Positions 11,613 through 25,279 are shown, numbered from the stretch's first letter. The stretch: DNA of 64,000 nucleotides from Eledone cirrhosa (GCA_964016885.1 OZ024747.1:65100001-65164000), one strand, 5' to 3'. The notes: generated by a model not told the origin, from the sequence alone. Numbers and translations are program-made.

Positions 11613-12934
11613 ATATATATAAATGGAAGTTTAGTAAAATCGAAGTTTTGGCTGTGGCCAAGCTAACGATATACAATTAGGAATGTGCAGCAAAACACTC
11701 GATAAGGTTGTGTCACCTTAGAGTAATAACATACATTAGATAGCTTGACAAATTGAAAACTGCGGCAGGTGAGCCTAGCAACATAATACCAAAGCAACAA
11801 AAAAAACAATCAGGTCGGATAACAAACCTAGACCATTTCAAACAGTATTATGCAATACCTCCGATAGGTTTCTATGAGTCCAAAATCAACAATCCTACTT
11901 GCACAATATGCAAGTTCATGGTATTCTATGACCGAACTGTGGACTCTCGTTATCAACAGGTTTCCATTCTGTGCCTCGAACTGGTGTGAAGTGTAGCAGT
12001 AGTCTACTACGGATGGTAGCAGTCAGTGTTTCACTATCATGTTCTTTTTCCCCAACAAGTGAAGTAACCCCGTTTTCAAGGAAACAACAAAACAAGTACA
12101 AAAAGTCTTATTGGTTTCACGCTTTATATGGAAAAGGGGAAAGAAAGTTTGATGTGTCAGGCTTTAGCCCTTATTCAGGAGTTCAAAAATAGAGACAGGA
12201 TCACAAAGGATAGATACAGAAAATAAATGTAGCCCAAATAAATTTTTAAAAAAGAAAATAAAGAGAGTAAACATGACAAACCGTTAGATAGTCTTGGTAA
12301 TGATTTTGGAATGCAAAATGAAGTGTGTCGCCAAGCACCTTTATGGAGTGTACCAGGTGCATTTCCGAGGTACCATCACTAGGGAGGTTGTTAGTCATAG
12401 ACCCAACTCTAGAGTGCTCTCAGCTCTAGGGAGTGGGTCAATAGGAGAAGAAGATGGGCATGAAGTTATAGGTGTCTGCACGGATTTGGCAGGGCAATGA
12501 GTAAAGGTGGTTGATTAGTGTATGGGATTGTAGTGGTGTGAGGGATGTGGTCAATATGATGGGGATGAGGGTCATGATGGAGAGATAGGTATATATCATC
12601 ATCATTTTACGTCCACTCTTCCTTGCTTGCAAGAGTGGGACAGGTCCTATTCAGCACAGCATCTCTCCACTTGTCACGGTCCTTTGTCATCTCCTCCGTG
12701 AGCTTCAGCAATCTGAGGTCCGCTCTCACAACCTCCGCCCATGTTTTTTGTATATATATATTTAATATAGAAAAAGCGGATTGAACTCGGGATAAACATA
12801 TATATATATATATCTATATATATATATAAGAGAGTGTTGAAGTTTGCTTGAAGCATTGTGAAATAATAAAAATGGTCGTTTTGGAAGCCTCAACATTGAA
12901 CCCGGGATAAACATATATATATATATATATATAT

Positions 12935-13240
12935 AAAAATTAGAATTGGCGCTCTGAAATACCGATATATATATGAATGTATATATAGTGTATTTTGAGT
13001 GTATTTTAGTGTATTTTAGTGTATATATATTCATGATTTTCAGCAAACAGGTGGAGTACTTGGCTTTGAGAAGTACCAATCAGTACGAAACATAGCTCTG
13101 TCAGCTTTATCTCCCCTGTTTGCTGAAAATTTAAAGTAAGTGAGACTGTCACTACTCTAAAACAATAGTGTAAGGTCTTCGAAATGCTTTTAATTAAGTA
13201 TACAATGTATTGCAAAATACACTATATATACATTCATATA
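12935..13240 (+). mobile_element. Family 1 HHR insert, diverged; degenerate HHR at 13062-13106
   Basis: Same termini as 1037-1628. GGCU UUGAGAA GUAC-CAAUCA-GUAC GAA ACAUAGCUCUGU C AGCU. Confidence 0.75.
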
Positions 13241-13248
13241 TATATATA

Positions 13249-14711
13249 TCATCATCATCATCATCGTTTAACGTCCGTGTTCCACGCTTGCATGGGTTTG
13301 GACGGGGGTAGTCCCACTTGAGGCAAGAGTGATTGTCTTGCTCGCATAGGACTGTCTGGCAGGTTTTCTACAGTTGGATGCCCTTCCTAACACCAACCAC
13401 ATTTACAGTGTGGGTCTGGGAGGTTTTTACCGTGTTGCCTACACGGCCACATTACAGCGTGGACTGTGTGTTTTTTTGTCGTGACACCTACACGATCTCA
13501 TTTGTTTTGGCCTCGATGGCGCGGCACCAACATAACTTTACATAGAACAGGGTGGTGTGGATGGGGTGGGGGTGGGGGTGGTGGGACGGGGTGTATTTTG
13601 TTAGAGATGCCTACTGGCTGGAGTAGGTTTTACTATATATTTAGGTAAGGCGGGTCTTCTCTGTTACTGAGTACCGCCAAAGGTCTCGGTCCAGTGACAT
13701 TGTCTTGGAGAGGTGTAAGTGTGTGATGTCGGAGTTTATCAGCTCGTCCCAGGTTTTTCTAGGTCTGCCTATTCCGTGACTACCGTCTATCTTTATTGCC
13801 CTGCACTTTGTTATACAGCTATCGACTTTCATGCGCATCACGTGTCCATACCAACGTAGCCTTCTCTCGAGTAAACAACATCTGATCCCTCTTATCTCTA
13901 ATTTTTTCCTTAGTTCGTTTATGCTTTGCCGTTCACGTATATTACTGTTACACATCCAGCGGAGCATGCAAGCTTCGTTCCTCTCTAGTCTGCGTATATC
14001 CTCTGCACACAATGCCCAGGTCTCACTGCCATGCAGCATTGCTGTTCGTATGCAGGCATCGTACAACCTGCCTTTCATTTTTAGGGAGAACCCTTTAGCA
14101 GCTAATAGTGGTATAAGCTCTCTGAACTTTTTCCAACCAGTTCTGACTCTAGCTACAGTACTTTCAGAGCACCCTCCTCCACTGCTGATTTTATCGCCCA
14201 GGTAACGGAAGCTGTCCACTATTTCTATAGAACCCTCTGCGCAATTGAAAGAGCTAGTATTTTGTGGGCACTTGCTGCTACTTATTGCACCAGAACACCG
14301 GCCACATGTAAAATCTATGTTCTTAGTTAGCTTACCTGTGATCCCACTACATCTTTTATGCACCCATACTTTGCATTTAGGACATAAAATGGAGTTTCTA
14401 CCTACGCCTTTCCTACACACCGAGCACGACCATTTCCCAGAAGGGACCACCGCCTTGTTTTCTTTCCTACAAACTAGTACTTTGGTCTTAGCCAGGTTAA
14501 TTTTAAGTCCTTTTGACTCTAGGCCGTGCTTCCATGTTTGGAATTTCTTCTCTAGCTCGGCCATTGATTCCGCTATGAGTGTCAGGTCGTCTGCGTATAG
14601 GAGTTCCCATGGGCAGCCTGTCTTGAACTCCTCTGTTATAGCCTGAAGGGCAATAATAAATAGTAGGGGGCTGAGAACAGAGCCCTGATGGACGCCAACT
14701 TTTACGCTAAA
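13249..14711 (-). mobile_element. Young 5'-truncated RTE LINE (RT C-half with PHD finger)
   Basis: Open frame VGVHQGSVLSPLLF...YADD...FRYLG...[11 protein letters not shown]...GRPRKTW; (CAT)n tail; inserted in (TA)n. Confidence 0.95.
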
Positions 14712-15179
14712 CTTTTACGCTAATATATATATATATATATAAGAGAGTGTTGAAGTTTGCTTGAAGCATTGTGAAATAATAAAAATGGTCGTTTTGGAAG
14801 CCTCAACAATGCAGATGGGTAAATCTCTGAGTAACAGAATCAGGTGGTAATGAGAGAGAAATGTAAGAGGAAGCATAGAAAGAGAAGTAGATGGTGTAGA
14901 GGAATGTAGGAAAAGTGTAAAAAATAAGATAAGAAACTACACTGTAGAGAAAAGTATATGTACAAATACACATATGTTGATATGGGGGATGTTTGTGTGT
15001 AAATCTGATATTTTCTTGTCTTAAGATGAAGGAAATTAGAAGACAGAATAATTGAATCGGAAATTTATCAATGTTGCTTGTTTTGTGAAATCTCTAGAGA
15101 TAGAGAAACGCTGAAGTTGTTTCTATCATAACTTTGAAATCAGCAAAAGTGGAAAACATTGTATGTATGTATATATACA

Positions 15180-15960
15180 CATATGCATACATGCATGCTT
15201 ACATATATAAATACATACACACATATATGCATGCTTACATACATAAATACATACACACGTATATGCATGCTTACATACATAAATACATACACACGTATAT
15301 GCATGCTTACATATATAAATACATACACACATATATGCATGCTTACATACATAAATACATACACACGTATATGCATGCTTACATACATAAATACATACAC
15401 ACATATATATGCATGCTTACATACATAAATACATACACACGTATATGCATGCTTACATATATAAATACATACACACATATATGCATGCTTACATACATAA
15501 ATACATACACACGTATATGCATGCTTACATACATAAATACATACACACATATATATGCATGCTTACATACATAAATACATACACACGTACATATGCATGC
15601 TTACATACATAAATACATACACATGTGTATATGCATGCTTACATACATACACACGTATATGCATGCTTACATACATAGATACATACACACATGCATACAT
15701 GCATACATACATAAATACATACACATGTGCATACATGCATACATACATAAATAAATACACACACATGTACACACATGCATACAAGCATACATATATACAT
15801 ACATATATACACATACATACATACATACATTCATGCATGCCTACATACCTACATACATAAATAGATACATACATACATACATATATAACTACATGCATAC
15901 ATACATCTTTACACATATATATACACATATACATACATATATAAATACATACATACACAC
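15180..15960. repeat. 36 bp minisatellite grading into (CATA)n
   Basis: Tandem gcatgcttacatacataaatacatacacacgtatat. Confidence 0.9.
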
Positions 15961-16251
15961 ACACAAATGTAAATTGAAACAAGACAAGGGAGATGTAAGT
16001 GAAAGAAAATTTGACAACAACAATAAGTACAAAAAGAGGTATAACAACAATAACTACTACTACTAATATGTCTTGTCATGTTTGATATAAACTAAAAATA
16101 ATCTAAAAGCAATGTGATGCACTTTCAGTTATTCCAATGAAATATTCAAGGAATTTCAAAGATAAATAATAAAAATAATTCTTTCTACTTTTGGCACAAG
16201 ATAATAATGAATAAATATAGATGATAATAATAATAATAATAATAATAATAA

Positions 16252-16604
16252 TGCAATTGGTATTAGTAAGTGTGGAGTCCTTGTGATGAAGAGGGGTAAA
16301 TTGAGCAGAAGCAACGGAATCCATGTACCAACAGGTGAGATGATAAAGGAAATTGACACTGAAGAAGGATATAAGTATTTGGGTATTCTGGAGGCTGATG
16401 ACATCAAGAACAAAAAATGAAGGAATTAATAAGATCTGAATACATTCGGAGAGTAAGGAGCGTATTAAAGTCACATCTTAACAGTAGGAATGCCATAAGC
16501 GCAGTAAATTCCTGAGCTGTGTCTATTATTAGGGACAGTGCGAGAATTCTGAGATGGAATGTTGCTGAACAAAAAGAAATGGATAGGAAGACTAGGAAAC
16601 TATT
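16252..16604 (+). mobile_element. R4/Dong-type non-LTR fragment (RT C-terminal part)
   Basis: Encodes GYKYLGILEADDIKNK-like sequence, overlaps in content with 17692-18110 and starts in (TAA)n. Confidence 0.7.
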
Positions 16605-17468
16605 GACTGTCACGGTGATCTCATCTGCATAAGCCAACACCACCTTTCCACGTCTCGGTTCGAGTGGGATGCCCTGCAACAGCTCCAGCTTCCGCAGTAA
16701 AGGCTTGAGAGTCAATACGTACAGAAGGGAAGAGAGAGGGCACCCTTGATGAACTGATCTGGAGAGCCAAAATGGTTCCGAGAGGTGGCCATTAACCTTG
16801 ACCACCGAGTGTGTGCCACTGTGCATTGCAGGGATCCGTTACTCTCTCTGACTCGCCACTCTCCCCGAACAACCGAGCAAAGTGGTGGCGAAAGGCCTCA
16901 CACATCCGCTTGGAATCGCTTATCTCGTGTCCGTCTCAGTCTGCCAAAGACTGAATTGTGGTTTTATTACCCCGCTGCGCCTCCGCCACGCGGGCCCATC
17001 TAACAGCTTTGGTTGCCTCGTTTCTCAGCGCACGTGCCTTAGCTCTGACAATGTAACCTTCGTGTTCGCATTGAAGAATGGTCTAATGCCATTCTCGCCG
17101 CTAGCACGTCAGTTGCAATGCCATTACAAATAGCCTCGTCTAACTTATCTACCAGCACCCCCTCTTTGCTGAACTCTATCGAAATTACTCTAATCTCTCT
17201 TTTGAGAGATTAGAGTAATTTAAATAAAACATCACTGCCACCCCCACCTCCAATTCCTGGCCTGCTAACAGATTCGAAGATCTGATAGTCAACGAAGATG
17301 GGGGCTAGTGCGCACGTGTCAGAAATCCTGGTCTCGCTGATGGCAATCACATCCATTTCCAGAGACCTGAGGTCGTTGAGCAGGCGACCCTGCTTCCAGG
17401 GTGACCCCAGGCCGCGAACATTTAAACTTCCTACTCTTAATATGGCCATGTTGGCAAGCTAAAAGAGA
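16605..17468 (-). mobile_element. Deleted Tx1/L1-clade ORF2 relic (APE start plus RT)
   Basis: MAILRVGSLNVRGL...DVIAISET (APE) and SVHQGCPLSSLLYVL...LAYADE (RT). Confidence 0.8.
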
Positions 17469-17691
17469 GAGGGAAGGTTTACTTACCTCCCGGGGTCTTG
17501 TAAGTAAACCTTCCCTCATAATAAAAATAATAATGATTTCATTTCATAATAATTGTTTCTACTTTTGGCACAAGTCCAGCAATTACCCAGTACATTACTG
17601 GTACTTTATTTTATCGACCCCGTAAGGATGAAAGGCAAAGTTAACCTCGGCGGGATTTGAACTCAGATCGTAAAGGGACATAATAATAATA

Positions 17692-19183
17692 TTTAGGTGT
17701 TCTGGAGGCAGATGACATCAAGAACAAAAAAATTAAGGAATTGATAAGATCTGAATACATAAGGAGAGTAAGGAACATACTGAAATCACATCTAAATAGT
17801 AGGAATGTCATAAGTGCAGTAAATTCCCGAGCTGTGTCTATTATTAGGTCAAGGGTGGTGGATTGGCAGTATCGGTAGAGAGTTGGACGCCATGCTTTCC
17901 AGCATAATTACGTCCCTTTGCAGACTGAGTTCAAATCCTGCCAAGGTTAACTTTGCCTTTTATCCTTACAGGGTCGATAAAATAAAGTACCAGTAATGTG
18001 CTGGGTAATTGCTGGCCTTGGCCCAAAAAGTAGAAACAATTATTAGGTACAGTGTGGGAATTCTGAAATGGAATGTTGCTGAACAAAAAGAAATGGATAA
18101 GAAGACTAGGAAGCTAATGTACAACATGTTCCACAAGAGGAGTGGTGTTGATAGACTCTACTTAAGGAGATCTGAAGGTGGAAGAGGTCTTATCAGCAGA
18201 GAGGACTATGTTCAGATGGAGAAAAACAGTCTGCACAAATATGTGTCTGAGAGTAGCGAACAGATGCTCAAAATTGTACTGAAAGAGAAGACAATAGACC
18301 AGGAGGTGTCCAAGGAAGAAATATCAACAAGGAGGAAGAGCAACCTTCATGAAAAATCCCTTCATAGAACCTTCTTTAAGAAAATGGAATTCAGAGATCC
18401 ACAGACATGGAACTGGTTAAAAAGAGGAGACCTTAAAAAAGATACAGAAGTAATGCTAATGGCTGTGCAAGAGCAAGCCCTCAGAACGAAGTGGGTGAAA
18501 CACCATATTGACAAGGAGGAGGCTAGCTCACTGTGTAGGATCTGTGGAGAGAGAGAGGAGACTGTGGCTCACATTGTATCTAAGTTTAAACACCTAGCCC
18601 AGACTCACTATAAAGGCTGGAGACATGATGTGATAGGCAGGGTGATTCACTGGCATCTATGCAAACTAAACAATTTACCACATTCTGAGAAGTGGTATGA
18701 GCATAAACCAGAGTCAGTGATAGAAAACGATCAGGTGAAGGTGCTATGGGATTTTAGGATACAGACGGACAAGAAATTAGAACACAATAGGCCTGACCTG
18801 GTTGTTTTTGTCAAGGAAAAAAAGATTGTGCCTGATTGTAGATGTAGCCTGCCCATTTGACACCAGGGTGCAAGAAAAGGAGAGGGAGAAAATTAACCAA
18901 TACCAGGATTTAAAGTGGGAGTTAAAAAGGATTTGGAACTGCCATGAAATCAAGGTCGTCCCGATTGTCATAGGCGCACTAGGTACTATCTCAAAGAGTT
19001 TCCAAGGATGGTTAAAGAAGATTAGTCCAGCCCCGCTTTTTGGAACACTTCAAATGGCATGCTTGCTGGGAACAGCAAGAAACCTCCGATATGTCCTGAA
19101 TATCTGAGGCTGCAGGTAGTGGCTTGATATTCATTTCAACAAACTTTCCAGTTAACTAACATCAATGACTGAGACTCAAAGAA
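17692..19183 (+). mobile_element. R4/Dong-clade retrotransposon 3' half with restriction-like endonuclease, frameshifted
   Basis: RLYL.R.EGGRGL, CRIC...ETVAHI, RHD, RPDL...DVACPFD...EK..Y.DL; ends in (TAA)n. Interrupted by a SINE A at 17851-18040 with TSD attattaggt. Confidence 0.9.
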
Positions 19184-19208
19184 CAATAATAATAATAATA
19201 ATAATAAT

Positions 19209-19399
19209 AATTGTTTCTACTTTTGGCACAAGGCCACCAATTACCCAGTACATTACTGGTACTTTATTTTATCGACCCCGTAAGGATGAAAGGCAAAGTA
19301 AACCTCGGCAGGATTTGAACTCAGACCGTAAAGGGACGTAACTATGCTGGAAAGCATGGCGTCCGACTCTCTACTGATACTGCCAATCCACTGCCCTTT
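19209..19399 (-). mobile_element. SINE family A (other copies 17550-17682, 40267-40455, 43209-43395, 50277-50425, 57032-57223)
   Basis: Consensus match; inserted in (TAA)n. Confidence 0.9.
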
Positions 19400-20051
19400 A
19401 ATAATAATAATAATAATAATAATAATGATAATAAATGGTGTCTGTAATCAATATATTTATCAATATTAATATGGTTCCATTTCCATGTAAAGTGAAAACA
19501 TATACGAATATAAACTTTATTTTTTTCTGCTACACACACACACATTCATAGACATATGTGTGTCATCAACTTCCTTTAAAGCAAGATAGGACACTTAGCC
19601 CATCTACAAAGAGAATAGCTCCTACTAATGCTGACATGGTCATTAAAATATATATATATATCTGTGTGTGTATGTATGTATGTGTATATATATATATATA
19701 TATATATCATCATCATCATCATTTCATTTTACGTCCGCTTTTTCCCTGCTTGCAAGGGTGGGACGGGAACTGATTCTGGCTTGATTTCTACAGCCGGATG
19801 CCCTTCCTAACACCAACCTCATTTACAGTGAGTGCTGGGTGCTTTTTTTGCCGTGGCACCTGCACGACCACTTTGCAGTGGAATGATATGGACCCCAGTC
19901 CCTATCATCTCATTTCTACAGGTGAGTAAACTAGAGCAATGTGAAATAAAGTGTCTTGCTCAAGGAAACAACACATCACCCGGTCAGAGAATTGAACTCG
20001 CAGCCTTTCGATTGCAAGGCCAATGCTCTAACCATTAAGCCATGTGCCTCC

Positions 20052-20084
<33 letters not shown>

Positions 20085-20653
20085 TCATCATCACCGTTTT
20101 ACGTCCGTTCTTCCACGCTAGCATGGGTTAGACGGGTTGTCCTGTTGTGGGCAGTGTCTGGTCGGCTGACCATGCCTTGCTCATACAGGAACTGATCTGG
20201 CTTGATTTCTACAGCTGGATGCCCTTCCTAACACCAACCTCATTTACAGTGAGTGCTGGGTGCTTTTTCGTGGCGCCTACACGTCCACTTTACAGTGTGG
20301 GCTGGGTGCTTTTTTGCCGTGGCACCTCCACGACCACCTTGCGGTGGGGGGGGGGGCATATTGTTTATATGCTTCAGCATGTACCCATGGGAGGTCGGGT
20401 ACCCTGTATTACTGCGTGACGCCAGAAGTCACGGTCGTGTGTCATTGACTTTGAGAGGTGTAGTTGGGTAAGGTCGGCTTTTATCACCTCATCCCAAGTC
20501 ATCTTGGGTCTCCCCACTCCGCGGTTTCCATCAACTTCTAGTGCTCTGCACCTTTTTATGCAGCTGTCATCCTTCATACGCATCACATGTCCATACCAGC
20601 GTAACCGCCTCTCCTGCACGCAGCATTTGATTCCTCTTATGCTCAGTCTCAGT
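20085..20653 (-). mobile_element. RTE LINE 3' fragment (second subfamily)
   Basis: [12 protein letters not shown]...GRPKMTW followed by the 3' UTR and (CAT)n. Confidence 0.9.
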
Positions 20654-21007
20654 CTATATATATATAATGTGTGTGTGTGTGTGTGTGTCAATATTAAATT
20701 AAAAAACAACAAAGCAAACAATACAGTACAATGAAAATATATAGTTGTTTAATGCTTGATATAATCACAAAATAGTTTTAACGTTTCAAATGCTAGCCCC
20801 TCATCAGAAGGTAGAAGAGGAAAAAACAAAAAAAGAGAAAGATAGAGGAGAATCAGAAGACGTACAAATGGAAAAACAATTCTGGGGAGAAAAACATCAT
20901 AGTAGTTAGCCATTTATATATGTGTGTGTATGTATGCATGTATGTATATGTGTGTGTGTGTGTGCATGTGTGTGTTTGTGAGAGAGACTGTGCGTGTGAG
21001 TGAGAGA

Positions 21008-21060
<53 letters not shown>

Positions 21061-21234
21061 AATGTATGCATCTCTGTATGTTTGTAAATATACACATATC
21101 TATTCTCCTGACATGCAGAAAATAAATTCTCTCCAGTTTACATTGCGATACAGAGTCAATATTTAGGTCTTGAGGATTAATTTAATCTTCCCGTAGCTAT
21201 TATTGTATTTATATTTTTATCTAACAATCTTGGA

Positions 21235-21282
<48 letters not shown>

Positions 21283-21340
21283 TATATATATATTTATATA
21301 TAATATATACATTTATATATAATATATACATATATATATG

Positions 21341-21395
<55 letters not shown>

Positions 21396-21438
21396 TATAT
21401 ATATATATATTCCAAGATTGTTAGATGAAAATATAAAT

Positions 21439-21484
<46 letters not shown>

Positions 21485-21537
21485 GAAAGGTATAGAAAGG
21501 TATAGAAAACACTGCAGCGAAAAGCCAACAGCATTTC

Positions 21538-21621
<84 letters not shown>

Positions 21622-21861
21622 TATTCAATTTTATTCATTTCAATTACTTTTTTCATTTTATCTGCTTGTCATTCGATCATTCATCTAAATCGTCACGTTT
21701 TCAGATTTATATCATATATCCTCATTTATATATTTATATGGGGGTGTATATAAGTGTGTGTGTGTTTGTGTATTTACATATCTGTGTATGTATGTTTTGT
21801 ATTAAGCTAAACTGATAATAGATAAATAGATAATATATATATTATATAGATATAGATATAG

Positions 21862-21895
<34 letters not shown>

Positions 21896-21896
21896 A

Positions 21897-21951
<55 letters not shown>

Positions 21952-21952
21952 A

Positions 21953-22009
<57 letters not shown>

Positions 22010-22136
22010 ACATATTAATAAGTAATATATCTGCATATGTGTTTGTTCAATGAGAAAAAAGAGAAAATATTAATCATGAGATATCATAAATAATAATATA
22101 AATTTTACTACTACTACAAATAATAATAATAATAAT

Positions 22137-22204
<68 letters not shown>

Positions 22205-23058
22205 ACTGAAAATCAAACTATTGATTGGTGCCAATAAATCACTGTAACAATACAGACATACAGACTATGTCTTATCATAAAAAGAAGAAGAAAACGTTCA
22301 TCTTAAATATATGGTGAATACGTCTGTCATGTTTGAGTTTCTTTGATTTATCTCTCTCTAATATTTTGTTCCTCTGTATTTCCAGCATCACTGTCATCTC
22401 TGGCCACTCAGATTCTAAGCTCCATCATCAGTTCACAATAATCCTTCTCAATACTTAATAAATTTCTCAGAATAAACAACTTTTAAAGTGCTAAGTGATC
22501 AACTACACAGTTATGTCACATTGGTCTGGCCCCTATTTCAGTAATATGGATGAGCATGGTCTAGTGGTAAGGGTGTTGGACCTACAATCATAATGTTGTC
22601 AGTTCAATTTCTGGGCTGGGTTGCGTCTGGTGTTCTAGAGCAAAATACCACATTTCCCATTGCTCCAATATACTCAGCTGAAAATGAATATCATCAATAG
22701 CTGGAGGTTTAACCCTGTAATGGACTGGCACCCTGTACTCTCACTCACTTCATGCCACAGAACCGGGCTAAGCACCAGCCTGAGCTTGAGACAGACTTTA
22801 GAGATTTTTTTTACATATATATATACCCAGAGATTAATGCTATATATATATGAGACTAACATTAAGAAAAATGCTGATGTTACATAAATCGTTTATTCAT
22901 AATAATTATTTCAATGGTCTCCTTGTGCAATTCATGATGTAATTTATGCATTTGTTGTTATGTTATTCTCATAGTGAATCTCCATCATAACTACATGCTA
23001 TGAATGTAGAGAGCTTTCTCCTGCTTACTCCTGTTTTTACCAAAACAACTTCTACAGA

Positions 23059-23096
<38 letters not shown>

Positions 23097-23098
<2 letters not shown>

Positions 23099-23256
23099 CA
23101 AAGGAAGTGTGGTAAGAAACCAGGTGGACCATAAGGCACCAGAGTACTCGATACTTAGGGTAGTAGAGTAGCTAATAGGAAAAGAGTAGAGTAATCTAAA
23201 GGGTTAAAGTTTACTTTGGTATTGAGTACTTTTTCTCATGCCCAATAGTAACACAC

Positions 23257-23303
<47 letters not shown>

Positions 23304-23422
23304 AAAAGAGTCAGGACCCTGACGGCTGAGTTCCGGCCTCTTTAGACAGCTAGATTCAAACACGTTTGGATCTAGCTGTCAAAACGGCCGTAGCTCAGCT
23401 GTCGGGGTCCTGACTCTTTTCT

Positions 23423-23493
<71 letters not shown>

Positions 23494-23563
23494 ATGTGTT
23501 ACTATTGGGCATGAGAAAAGTACTCAATACCAAAGTAAAGTTTAACCCTTTAGATTACTCTAC
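23097..23563. mobile_element. Nested fold-back insert; inner hairpin 23301-23424 holds the 3' half of an HHR
   Basis: Outer inverted arms ~23186-23258 / 23492-23563 around (TA)n. Same family at 51768-51908. Confidence 0.7.
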
Positions 23564-24169
23564 TATTAGATTTTAATGGCAAAAGCTTTATCTCACATAA
23601 TTATCTCACATAATATGGAATCTATGAGATTTTGATGATGTTTTTATTTATTTTGAGAACTATACCTGTATGGGTGGCCAGTAATGACCCATTTGAACAG
23701 AAAGAGGTGAGAGAATTCTGGCCGGATACAGCCGGATACAGCCGGCTTAAATGCTACAGGGTTAAATATTCAGATGATATGACTAAGCAGTGTGCAGGTA
23801 AAACTCCAGAATAACAAGGCTCACTGCTTAGCCATAATAAATGAGTGTGCAGGTGTGTGTAGGTGGTATATGTGTATATATTTCTATATAAAACAAAGAT
23901 CCTTTATAAACATAACAGGCACTACTCAGAATTTACAATAGTTTTAGAAATCAATAAATACAGACTTTTAAATTTGGAAGTATTACATTTAGTTCAACTA
24001 ATAATAGCTTCAATAAAATTTGTGGAGCAGTAGAGATTGTGACGATGAAACTAGAGAACTAGAGTGAGATATAGGGAAACAACTAGATGAAGGAAAAACA
24101 TGCAAACATTTATAAACTAAAAATAAATAAGGGTAAAATCTAAAAACAAAAGAAAACAACAACAACAAC

Positions 24170-24221
<52 letters not shown>

Positions 24222-24574
24222 GTAATAATAATATTAATAATAATAATGATGATAATGATAATGACAATGATAATGATATAACTATAGTTCAAATGAGATT
24301 AACATAGTTGAAAGTTAAAATATTTCTACAAATAGAGTTTTTATTTAGAGTAGCTTATGTACTGATTTTGAAAACAAAACATTACTAAACATAACAAATA
24401 CTTCATTCATAAAAGTAATTTTAATTATAGGTCTTTATTTATTTGTTTTCCTTCCCTCCTTTCCACCTCCCTCTATTTCTATATCTCTCTCTTTCTATCT
24501 CTCTCTCTCTATCTATCTTTCAATCTCTATATCTCTTTCTATATGTCTATCTCTATCTATCTCTCTATCTCTCT

Positions 24575-24612
<38 letters not shown>

Positions 24613-25238
24613 TTCTATCTCTCTCCTGGCTTCTTTACCATTCCACTTATGCTTAAATGATTGAAACAATAAAGCTATACCTTATATTTATCTCTCCCCA
24701 GCCCCCTCCCACCCCACCCACTCCACACACACACACACACACTCACTCTCTCTCTCTCTCATGCCCCTTCCTATGTTTTTATCTTTTACACATACACCCC
24801 TCCCCACCACCTCACTTCACCCAAACCTCTATCTTCCTTTCCCTTTCTCTCTCTCTACCACCTCTATCTCTACCCTTGACCCTCTAACCGTCACCGCCGC
24901 CGCCACCACCACCCCCTCTTCATGGAGAAAATCTAAAACAATCAAATCTGGGCCATACATCAATTAATATTTATCATACAGAATACAGTTCCATGGAAAA
25001 CCAAACAACTTGAAAGAACGTTTTAAGTAGAGAAAATGTTTGTTGTTGTTGTTGTTGTTGTTGTTCTCCTTTCTCTGTGTTTTAAATAAATAAACAAATA
25101 AATAGATACCAATAATAAATATAAATAAAAACATTTTCCCAAATTAGCAAATCAATTATAGTTTTTATAATTGTAGTTGTACACGCACAAACTCATATAT
25201 ATATATATGTATACACACATATATACATATATGAATGA

Positions 25239-25279
<41 letters not shown>

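Noticed and set aside
11620-12100. CpG-containing island as a gene or ribozyme
   Set aside because: No recognisable protein motif or complete HHR core; probably an unclassified repeat.
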